Positions 20,001-26,910 of a stretch of DNA of 57,778 nt are shown piece after piece (position 1 is the first letter of the stretch; the number at the start of each line of letters is the position of its first letter). Both the position numbers and the translations under genes were made by a program. The notes beneath the pieces are model-generated. The model did not search any database, was not told the DNA's origin, and was given only the letters and a program-made list of their open reading frames with translations. Source of the stretch: a virus (Duplodnaviria; Caudoviricetes); IMG/VR virus record IMGVR_UViG_3300032164_000017, positions 1 to 57,778 of that record, one strand, 5' to 3'.

Positions 20001-20073
20001 AATCACAGCGGCCGAAGAAGTCATCACCGACGAAGAAATCCGAGACGAAATCAACGAGTCCTTGGCAAGTTAG
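17029..20073 (+). CDS. family A DNA polymerase with N-terminal UDG-like domain and 3'-5' exonuclease
   Basis: DIETS / HHEKFD / YAGVDAD exo motifs; TGRLSS, DAKGAEIR (A), KRVVFGTLYG (B), VHDS (C); N-terminal CSAC..LVGDCP..GEPF..IKPRLVIACG..TYSP. Confidence 0.93.
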   Translation: MSSLDKKPPCSACAFYHERRIAARGSNKALIVLVGDCPSPQFPEGGEPFQDRNGISIGMALKRLQVYYNTLPNGPARWFNLKPYKTYVVQCVHVDKPKKDIVTRCRQTYLDVDLAIIKPRLVIACGAMPLQTLLRDPKAAFEDNRGSFIARTLSVGESEQHPYELFTTYSPKAVLAKPGLYDEMYRDLQRAFLHAEGCDAVTVIPEETLRKNYRFPDTVQEVKEVCDEILTYANNGADPNKHFIAVDIETSCLEMHDPTAKIIMVSFAWARMRATSIFIDHPRRRWSPEDREQIVAHVRRVLASDKPKVLHHEKFDRQGIVHRYGWELNNVVWDTMGGEHLLEEDKKGAYGLKILTRSRLPEYAGYEDKVAEIREEHGGGTRADEAKRFRKATLEYQKACTEYTTLMSEYDLSYGTYLTELTEWEAKKDAEKLRADAARKAKEPDKTLRSMNKDAYGPKPKKPHKPKEPKEPVHHEPFDFTMIDPEDLKLYAGVDADVTRQHAVTQNTRMAAEHKKDVADCLRFKKTPPLPFKRLMSTHVIPTSRTLADIEFTGFPVDLPYLEELDAKLEIKVAEAQSKLFEMAGGEFVIDNPAALGKIMFNDGFYQNGQKVLVPRDSNIKHTSRGQTKSDEGTLKYIANTYGFDFPRLILDYRKARKARAPFLINVREHARFDRRMHASFHLAGTGTGRLSSSNENLQNIPKKLAGVNIKKIFIPPPGYTLINTDAKGAEIRIFATYSHDEKLIKAILDGLDTHSFFTSQVFGVTYEDVEMARDLCDRYYAGEPIDGAIVKNAEALVRKRTNCKRVVFGTLYGAMAAKIAETAGISLEEAQRVIDLMFKMFPSIPAYIESTQNEVRFFNWVATLTGRKRRFPLSVVRMFRNRCFRQAVNFKIQSTSSDIVLWVMNQIHPVVKHDLRGQFHATVHDSIVFSVPHAYVPQVKDIMYEYGTRRAQIEFPWLSVPFLWDVEAGPSYGEVTDVNKYLQGQLYHDKITAAEEVITDEEIRDEINESLAS

Positions 20074-20908
20074 GACAACCAGCGTCGCTGGACACACGCT
20101 GGAGGTATCACGCTTCGAGCTAGGCAAGCGAAGTGCAACGTGTGAGATCGCGGAGTCCGAGATCGATAAGATTCCGGTCGAAGCGATCATCAGCAAGGAA
20201 CCCGTGCCCCCTGCGGTCTTTGCAGATGCCGAGCCTCCCACGGTAGTAGCGCCTGGCAAAGAGGAAGAGAACGCGGCGCTGTGGAAGCAGTACCGTGAAG
20301 CCAAGGATCGTTTCGAAAAGGCGCACGCCAACGCCGTGCCCATGCTCAAGGTCAACCTGTGGGTTCCTGTCACAGTGGTAAAGAGTGTGAAGATGGATGG
20401 TCACGCCGTGCGCATCTTCCATACGCCGCGTGGTCCCATCATGGGCATGGTGACGAGTGAAGACTCCACCCGCATGTGGCTCTACTCACCGTGTTTCCTG
20501 GACTGCAATGTCCAACGAGGTCGTGTTCATTACCTCCCCATAGCGTTTGCCGGTTACGAGTTCGTGTTGTACAAGACTGGCATCGGGGAGAGTGTGCCGC
20601 AGGAAGCGGAGATCGAAGGCTACCCGCATTTCGTGGAACGCAACCGTGCCGGGGACTACACGTTCCGGATGAAGGCAGCGTATCATCACATCGATGCGGA
20701 CTATCCCGAAGACTCCAAGCTCATTTCGGCAGACATGGCGCCGCGAGACGCGCTCCTAGGGCTGTTGCTGACAACTGATGCACGTGAGCAACAGATGGTT
20801 AACCAAGCACGTCAAGCACAAGCGCAACAGCAGGCGCAACTAGCTGCACAACAGGTTGCGCAGCCTACTGCACAGCAAGAAGCACCTGCTGCTTCTGCCG
20901 CTGAGTAA
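19994..20908 (+). CDS. hypothetical protein directly upstream of the ncRNA array
   Basis: Start trimmed from 19769 (uncertain); globular core plus Gln/Ala-rich tail; overlaps polymerase end. Confidence 0.65.
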   Translation: MTKSQRPKKSSPTKKSETKSTSPWQVRTTSVAGHTLEVSRFELGKRSATCEIAESEIDKIPVEAIISKEPVPPAVFADAEPPTVVAPGKEEENAALWKQYREAKDRFEKAHANAVPMLKVNLWVPVTVVKSVKMDGHAVRIFHTPRGPIMGMVTSEDSTRMWLYSPCFLDCNVQRGRVHYLPIAFAGYEFVLYKTGIGESVPQEAEIEGYPHFVERNRAGDYTFRMKAAYHHIDADYPEDSKLISADMAPRDALLGLLLTTDAREQQMVNQARQAQAQQQAQLAAQQVAQPTAQQEAPAASAAE

Positions 20909-20928
20909 TGTCCTGCATTGTCCGTAAT

Positions 20929-21121
20929 TGTCGATTCAGACATAACTCGCAAGAGTTAGGTGGCGTAACGCCACCACTGTTCACTCTTGCCCTTTGGCTA
21001 GTGTGAATAGTTGGTAGGGCCCGAGCATTTGCGAAAATGCGCGCTCGAGCCGCGGCCGAACTCCGATGCTATATCCGAAGGAGGCGGCCCCGCGGGCCCC
21101 TGCAAACGTAGTGAATCGACA
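20929..21121 (+). ncRNA. structured ncRNA unit 1 (retron msr-msd-like)
   Basis: TGTCGATTCA/TGAATCGACA perfect 10-bp closing stem; G20939; TAACTC-GCAA-GAGTTA; GGTGGCG-TAA-CGCCACC; AAACGTAG before 3' arm. Confidence 0.75.
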
Positions 21122-21129
21122 CAGCGAGT

Positions 21130-21274
21130 CTCTTGAACTGGATAGATACTTTCATTGTACTCGGGTGGCGTAACGTCACTCATTGATGGGTTCGCACGGC
21201 GAACCGAAAGTCAAGGAACACATCGAAGACCTCGTCGAACTGGGGGCCTTGCAAACGAAGTATTCAGTTCAGAG
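21130..21274 (+). ncRNA. structured ncRNA unit 2 (retron msr-msd-like)
   Basis: TGAACTGGATA/TATTCAGTTCA closing stem (one G-U); G21145; GGGTGGCG-TAA-CGTCACTC; AAACGAAG before 3' arm; first hairpin weak. Confidence 0.7.
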
Positions 21275-21330
21275 TGCGTACCAAGCCGCCGCCACCAACG
21301 GTGGCAACGTATCGCGAGCTAAGTAGAGTG

Positions 21331-21492
21331 ACGCTCTAGATCTGGGTGGCAACACCCGACGGTGTAACGCCGTCATCGTTATTGCTGAGCCTTGCACACG
21401 CACGGCTCTGCGCGTGATATGTGTGGCTCCACGGCCACCGCCCTCGCTAGCACTCGTGCGGAGGCCGATTACGCCACAACGAAGTAGAGCGT
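21331..21492 (+). ncRNA. structured ncRNA unit 3 (retron msr-msd-like)
   Basis: ACGCTCTA/TAGAGCGT closing stem; G21339; GGGTG-GCAA-CACCC; GACGGTG-TAA-CGCCGTC; CAACGAAG before 3' arm. Confidence 0.75.
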
Positions 21493-21496
21493 TGAA

Positions 21497-21686
21497 CACA
21501 GGTACACTCTAGATAATCCACGTCAGGTGGAGATGGCGGAACGCCATCATGCTTTCATCGAGGGCAATGTTTCCCCCAACTTCCCGATCTCGATCCCTCG
21601 CTTACGACATTTTCATACAGCCGAAAATGTCGAGACTCGGTCTCTCGCACGGGAAGCCGTTTGAAACGAAGTGGAGTTAACCTGTG
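21497..21686 (+). ncRNA. structured ncRNA unit 4 (retron msr-msd-like)
   Basis: CACAGGT-ac-ACTCTA/TGGAGT-ta-ACCTGTG closing stem; G21512; TCCAC-gtcag-GTGGA; GATGGCG-GAA-CGCCATC; AAACGAAG before 3' arm. Confidence 0.75.
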
Positions 21687-23227
21687 AACTGAAGATCAAG
21701 GAGCACAACCTTCGCAGCCATCCATGCGAATAGCTGTGCATGGAAACAGTCATCAGGCTGTGTGGGTGCATGCCGCCATACCTTCTGTCCCATCAAGGTG
21801 ACCTCTTCATAGATGTTGAGAGCATCCTCGATGGGTACGCTCATGTACTCAAGCTTTGGGTAGATCACACCGCCCCGCTTGAGGACCATGAAGAAATTGT
21901 CCATGAGCGTGGTGCGATCGGCGTAGTAGCTGTTGGCGTCTTCGTTCCAGACGAGTGGCGCAGCTTGAGCTTGATACTTGAGCTGCGCCACTCGATTGTT
22001 GCCCAGGCGCGCTTTGAGCAGGTTGTTCGCAAGGTGACCTTCACCCCGGTCCCCAATGACGAAGGAGCAGTTGTAATTGTTGAAGACTTCCGCGACGTCA
22101 TCCACGACTGCGACAGGGTTTGTTACCGGGTAAATTCGGAAGTAGAGGGTCTTGAGCTTGTGGTCCTGGGTGATACCGAAGATCCACACAACGGTTCGAC
22201 TGACACCCTCTGTACCGCCTCCAGACCAATCTACGCCTCCGACGACGTGACTGAACATCTCTTGATTTGCGGGAGGCGTACGGTAGATGTCGTACTCCTT
22301 GCACAGACTTTGCAACTCTTCTTTGCTGATGAGGCGCGCACCCAGCGCGTCAGAAACACCCAGCACCTCGTTCTTGAACTTGGTGGTCGAATAGCGCTCG
22401 AGCTTGTTTACAATACGCTGCCAACGTGAGGGAATCTCGTTGTTGAGTGGCAGCATGGGCTGCGAGATGTGGAATGCTTTGAGCGTAGACCCCGGGTTGA
22501 AGTCGTACCACTGCCCTTCGCGAGGTTGGAGTCGGTGGCTGCACTTGAGACAGATGGGCCCGGTTTTTCCGATGGAACGGTCTGTCTCGATGAAGTTCCA
22601 GCGCCCACAGCCTTCGCACTTCATGATCCATTCGGTGCGTGAGCTAATGGACCACAGGTACTCGATGGTGTTTTCCATCGTCTTGGGCGTACCTGCGTAG
22701 GTCTCGTAGCCGTAGTTTGAGTTGCCCATGCACTCGTTGATGACGGGGATCACTTCTTCGTAGAGGATGTCCTGGACCTCGTCGTAGCACACACGGTCGG
22801 CTGTATTGCCGCGAGCGCGATCGGGATCGCTAGCTGCATACGTGAATTTCACCTCGGCGCCGTTACGGAACATGCGCAACATTGTACGGTGGGTGAAGTC
22901 AGTCGCAGTCCAGTACTTGCGAATGAGCGGCGAGTAGAAACATGTCTTTCCGAAGCGCGTGTTCGAGAACGTCTGTGTCTGCTCTTCTGACGGAGACACG
23001 TAGAGGTTCCGGAAGTGTGGAATCCCAATGCTCTCACAGATGATGAAGTTACACAGCGAAGTGCTCTTCGCGACCTGCCGGCCACACTTCAACAGCAGTC
23101 CCTGGTACTGACCATCGTAGATGTCAGGATAGAAGGGATAATCGACCAGGGTAAACGGAGCACCACTCAAATGGAGCAGCTTCTCAGCTAGTTGTGACCG
23201 CCGTTGCGCTGGAAGGTCATCAGTCAT
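21677..23227 (-). CDS. terminase large subunit
   Basis: KCGRQVAKST Walker A, VCYDEVQD Walker B, GTPKT motif III, CEGC/CLKC Zn finger, GGVDWSGG and PDDCFHA nuclease motifs. Confidence 0.88.
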   Translation of the reverse strand: MTDDLPAQRRSQLAEKLLHLSGAPFTLVDYPFYPDIYDGQYQGLLLKCGRQVAKSTSLCNFIICESIGIPHFRNLYVSPSEEQTQTFSNTRFGKTCFYSPLIRKYWTATDFTHRTMLRMFRNGAEVKFTYAASDPDRARGNTADRVCYDEVQDILYEEVIPVINECMGNSNYGYETYAGTPKTMENTIEYLWSISSRTEWIMKCEGCGRWNFIETDRSIGKTGPICLKCSHRLQPREGQWYDFNPGSTLKAFHISQPMLPLNNEIPSRWQRIVNKLERYSTTKFKNEVLGVSDALGARLISKEELQSLCKEYDIYRTPPANQEMFSHVVGGVDWSGGGTEGVSRTVVWIFGITQDHKLKTLYFRIYPVTNPVAVVDDVAEVFNNYNCSFVIGDRGEGHLANNLLKARLGNNRVAQLKYQAQAAPLVWNEDANSYYADRTTLMDNFFMVLKRGGVIYPKLEYMSVPIEDALNIYEEVTLMGQKVWRHAPTQPDDCFHAQLFAWMAAKVVLLDLQFTG

Positions 23228-23261
23228 GAGATAAATGTAGGGAAAATTGGAGGAATTTACA

Positions 23262-23687
23262 ATGCCAACCTTTCATGTTCGGCTTACAGACCCGGCAGAA
23301 ATCGTCATGGTACGTAGGGCACTTGAAGAGGGGAAGATCGTTCTGGTGTCTTTCGCATCGCAGATGACACACTATCCGATGCTCATCGGACCAGACACTG
23401 CGTTTACACACATCGGTTTCGAGAAGTCCTACGGGGGAGGACCTACCGGCGCCGGGTACCACTACGTGGGTCTGATGGAGTACGGTGGACTCTATCCGTT
23501 TCAACTCGGGTTCCTGCACGCTGGCTACGTCAAAGAGAAGTTGAAACTCAAACACAGGGGCTGCGCAGGCAACATCACAGTGTTCCTCAACGCGCTCGGA
23601 CACCCCGACGGGGTGTTCCAATACCTGTCCACGATCCCGATGCTGGGGGATCATCCTGACCATGAGTCGGAGGCTCTTCATGTCTAA
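23262..23687 (+). CDS. hypothetical protein
   Basis: GGAGG RBS before ATG 23262; overlaps start of AAA gene. Confidence 0.65.
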   Translation: MPTFHVRLTDPAEIVMVRRALEEGKIVLVSFASQMTHYPMLIGPDTAFTHIGFEKSYGGGPTGAGYHYVGLMEYGGLYPFQLGFLHAGYVKEKLKLKHRGCAGNITVFLNALGHPDGVFQYLSTIPMLGDHPDHESEALHV

Positions 23688-25077
23688 GACCAAAATAACC
23701 GCCGAAGAGGAGAAGTTTTACTCCAAACTCGGCATCAGTTTGACCTCGCTCAAGGGGGCCAAAGAAGCCATTGAGGTCAACAGAACCACCGGAAACGTGA
23801 TCTGTCTCGTCGGACCTGCGGGGATTGGCAAGACACACATCACAGCGCAAATCGCGGAGAAGCGCGTACCGCGAAAGGCGTTCGAGTGGCATGGGCGTAC
23901 CTGGGAAACGTCGGTACCGCTCATCGTGATGTATCTGGCTCACATGCAAGCGGAAGACACGGGTGTACCCTACCCCTCGCGGGCGAGGCGTAATGAGTTG
24001 CTCAAGGAGTGCGATCTCTTCATGCGCATCGCGGCACAAGCGCAGAACGGCATGGGAGTCACGGCCCGGGAACACGCGCTCGTGATCGCTGAGCGGGTAC
24101 TCGCGAGCACGTCGGTGCAAGATGAGGGGACCTTCGAGTTCCTCATCAACAAGCAACTTCAGGACCTGCCGCAGGAGGGTATCCTCTTCCTCGACGAGTG
24201 GAATCGTGCTGAGAAGCAAGTCATCAAGGCCTTCTTCACTCTGCTTGAAGACCGTGCAATCCATGGACAGCGCATTGTTCCGGATGGTGTACAGATCGTT
24301 GCAGCGATGAACCCTTCGGACGGTGCGTACAGCGTGAACGAAGCAGAGAAGGACCACGCGTTCAGGCGAAGGTTGTCCTTTGTTGCAGTCACATGCAACA
24401 CGGGTGCATGGCTCGAATACGCGATGAATCGGTTCCATCCGCACGTTGTCAATTTCATCAAAGCGATCCCCGACGCACTCTATGACATCAAACTTCGTGA
24501 CGCAGGCAAAGCTTTCCCGTGCCCCGCGACGTGGGAGAAGGTGAGTCGTATCCTTCAAGCCATGGAGAGAGATGGTAAGGACATCCTTTGTAACGGCGTG
24601 GAGCTGAGTGTCTGTGGGCACATCGGCCAGGCGACCGGAACGCAGTTCATGGCCTATGTGAAGGACAACGAAACCCTCATCAATCCGGATGAGGTCATCC
24701 ACAAGTACACAGAAAAGAGTCCCGTTCGCAAAAAGGTGCTCAAGCTCATCGAGACCGCGCGCAACGATGTTCTTAACGAGGTCTGTACGGGTGTGGCCAT
24801 CATGCTGCTCACGTCCAAACCGGATCCGACCACAGTCTCACCAAACGTGGCTCGCTTCATGGGCGATCTTCAGCCGGAGATGGCAGTCAGCTTCATTGTG
24901 CACAAGCTCACTGCTGCCACAGAGGATGTGCAGGGTGCTGAGAGCTACCTCAACAACCTCTCTGTCGCAATGCATGACCAGCCGCCCTACCAGAAGCTCT
25001 TCGAGGACATCCATGAAGCCATGGAGAAAGCTCGAGCGGAAATCAAAGAAGGGGGAGCGGATCCACTAAAGACGTAG
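23680..25077 (+). CDS. MoxR-like AAA+ ATPase
   Basis: GPAGIGKT, ILFLDEWNRA, VAAMNP, AFRRR; GGAGG before ATG 23680. Confidence 0.88.
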   Translation: MSKTKITAEEEKFYSKLGISLTSLKGAKEAIEVNRTTGNVICLVGPAGIGKTHITAQIAEKRVPRKAFEWHGRTWETSVPLIVMYLAHMQAEDTGVPYPSRARRNELLKECDLFMRIAAQAQNGMGVTAREHALVIAERVLASTSVQDEGTFEFLINKQLQDLPQEGILFLDEWNRAEKQVIKAFFTLLEDRAIHGQRIVPDGVQIVAAMNPSDGAYSVNEAEKDHAFRRRLSFVAVTCNTGAWLEYAMNRFHPHVVNFIKAIPDALYDIKLRDAGKAFPCPATWEKVSRILQAMERDGKDILCNGVELSVCGHIGQATGTQFMAYVKDNETLINPDEVIHKYTEKSPVRKKVLKLIETARNDVLNEVCTGVAIMLLTSKPDPTTVSPNVARFMGDLQPEMAVSFIVHKLTAATEDVQGAESYLNNLSVAMHDQPPYQKLFEDIHEAMEKARAEIKEGGADPLKT

Positions 25078-25830
25078 ACGCCCCATGTCCGACTCGTATT
25101 GTACGAGGCGATCTGCCAGGTAGACTTGTACCGCCGCGAGCCTTGCGAGTTGAACATCGATCGCGGAATCGGTGAACTGCTTCTTACGTAGGTCGATGCG
25201 CTGAAGACGTTTCCACGCCTCTTGCACTTCGGCTTTGTTCGCCCCGGAGCCATCGCGGCTCAAAACATCCAACTCTTTTTGGGCGAAGGAGAGCAGCTGC
25301 GGGGCCATGATGAAACCGGCTCGATGAAGAACGATGGCAGTATAGCGAACAGGTTCACGATCAAAGGCAGGAGACTCGGGTACTTCATCGGATTGTCCGT
25401 AAAGCATTTCTGCTTCATAGACCGCCCAGTTGAGTTGCGCAGGTGTCGCTTCTTGAAGTATCGCTCCGTCACTGAGTACGTTGTTGAACGCCATCGTGGT
25501 GTTCTCGAAGGCGTTCACTTCAAACCAAAACGCAGGAATCATGGTCAACGTCATGGCCGCTAGAATCTTGTCGCGGTTGAGTACCGAAACATCGATACCT
25601 TTGCGGTCGAGCGTTAACCAGATGGATTCGGGTTCCCAGGCACGAAAACCAGCGCCACAGACAGCACTGACGGCGCGGTAGCAGCCCGTGGCTGTGGTAT
25701 GCGGATCACGCAACATCTCCGCAGCCACGGTCTGTTGCTCCGAGTCGCCTTCTTCCAGTGCCGCCATCTTGGCACGTGGAACGCTTGCTGCGACACGAAG
25801 CAGATATTGCTCGAGGTCAGCTAATTCCAT
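25066..25830 (-). CDS. hypothetical protein, probably virion/head-related
   Basis: 254 aa, co-oriented with and 9 nt downstream of 25840..26832. Confidence 0.65.
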   Translation of the reverse strand: MELADLEQYLLRVAASVPRAKMAALEEGDSEQQTVAAEMLRDPHTTATGCYRAVSAVCGAGFRAWEPESIWLTLDRKGIDVSVLNRDKILAAMTLTMIPAFWFEVNAFENTTMAFNNVLSDGAILQEATPAQLNWAVYEAEMLYGQSDEVPESPAFDREPVRYTAIVLHRAGFIMAPQLLSFAQKELDVLSRDGSGANKAEVQEAWKRLQRIDLRKKQFTDSAIDVQLARLAAVQVYLADRLVQYESDMGRLRL

Positions 25831-25839
25831 TGTTACGCG

Positions 25840-26832
25840 TTACGGCACTTGATGTTTGAGGATGATTTTCAGGTCCAGAGGAAGCGTGGGCATCACCTGT
25901 GCCAGTTTGGTGACGTCCACGTTTCCTTGCTTGTCAGTGATCTCCTTGAGCATGTCGGGACCTACCACGTCACCCCAAAATGAACTGGGCAGGGCTGCCA
26001 GTTTCGCCATCGAGACGAGTCGTCCCGCGAGGTCGACGTTGTCATCTGCGATCTTCGTGGTAGTGTTGAAGACGGTGCGGATGGGGTCCGGCAGGTCTCG
26101 GTCGTAGTGCTTCTCGAGTCCAGCCATCTTGTCGAGCTTGGCCAGGGTATCGGCTGCGGTGACCAGCTCATCACGATCTTGGATCTCACCCTGATGAAAC
26201 GCCGAAGCGAGCTTCTCGTAAGCACGCTGGAAGAGTGGGTCCTTGGTAGCACAGCGACGCGCTTCGATGAAGTCACATGCCAGCTTGGTAGTGCAGACCG
26301 TCATCCCGGCCATGCGATGTGTCTCCGGGTTGAGACTCACTCCCATGTCTCGTGCCTTCTTGACCAGGTTGATGAAACCTTCAGCCCGGTCTTCGATGCC
26401 GAGACGTGGGTACTGCTCGAGAAGGATGGTCTCGGCGACCTTCACATCTTCGGCAGTTTTGACACGAAGTCGTTTCAGACGGGGCAGGAGATACATGTCG
26501 TCGGGCTCGAGAATGGGAGCGGCTGCGACTTTGGTACGTGTCACTGCCGTGTTTACCCCGTAAATCTCAACAGCACGTTTCAGATTCTCGTCAACCTCGA
26601 TGGGAACAGCCGCGCACTTCTCTCGGTAGAGATGAGAGAGCACGGTGTTTTCAGCGTTGTTGATGGGAAAGAGACGGCGTTCGGGCCATGCGAAAGCCGA
26701 GTTGGGAAGCGCGCCGATCTGATTCTCGTCCAGGTCTGCGTGTTTCACGAAATCCGCGGCTTGCGGATTTTCTTGGAGAAGCAAGTACAATGTCGCGTAA
26801 GCAGGATCGTGATACTGGTCACGAGTCTCCAT
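25840..26832 (-). CDS. putative head/scaffold-associated protein rich in K-x-A motifs
   Basis: GGAGG before ATG 26832 (trimmed from 27537); LPNSAFAWPERRLFPI segment; 13 K-x-A tripeptides; function inferred. Confidence 0.6.
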   Translation of the reverse strand: METRDQYHDPAYATLYLLLQENPQAADFVKHADLDENQIGALPNSAFAWPERRLFPINNAENTVLSHLYREKCAAVPIEVDENLKRAVEIYGVNTAVTRTKVAAAPILEPDDMYLLPRLKRLRVKTAEDVKVAETILLEQYPRLGIEDRAEGFINLVKKARDMGVSLNPETHRMAGMTVCTTKLACDFIEARRCATKDPLFQRAYEKLASAFHQGEIQDRDELVTAADTLAKLDKMAGLEKHYDRDLPDPIRTVFNTTTKIADDNVDLAGRLVSMAKLAALPSSFWGDVVGPDMLKEITDKQGNVDVTKLAQVMPTLPLDLKIILKHQVP

Positions 26833-26910
26833 GGGATTCAGCCTCCAATGCCACGGTAAAACTTCCCCTAATTGGATGGTGGATCCCCCTGATCTGTCAA
26901 GAGGAAATTC

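Noticed and set aside
20998-21499. Short minus-strand ORFs 20998..21183 and 21269..21499
   Set aside because: No RBS or protein-like features; the region is better explained by base-paired RNA units.
20929-21686. CRISPR array interpretation of the repeated GGTGGCGTAACG-like motif
   Set aside because: Repeats conserve structure rather than sequence, spacing is ~170-200 nt, and no cas1/cas2 or effector genes are present.
20929-21686. tRNA cluster or hammerhead ribozymes
   Set aside because: No cloverleaf with T-loop GTTCRA plus acceptor stem, and no CTGATGA/GAAA hammerhead core recognised; an Rfam search is still needed.
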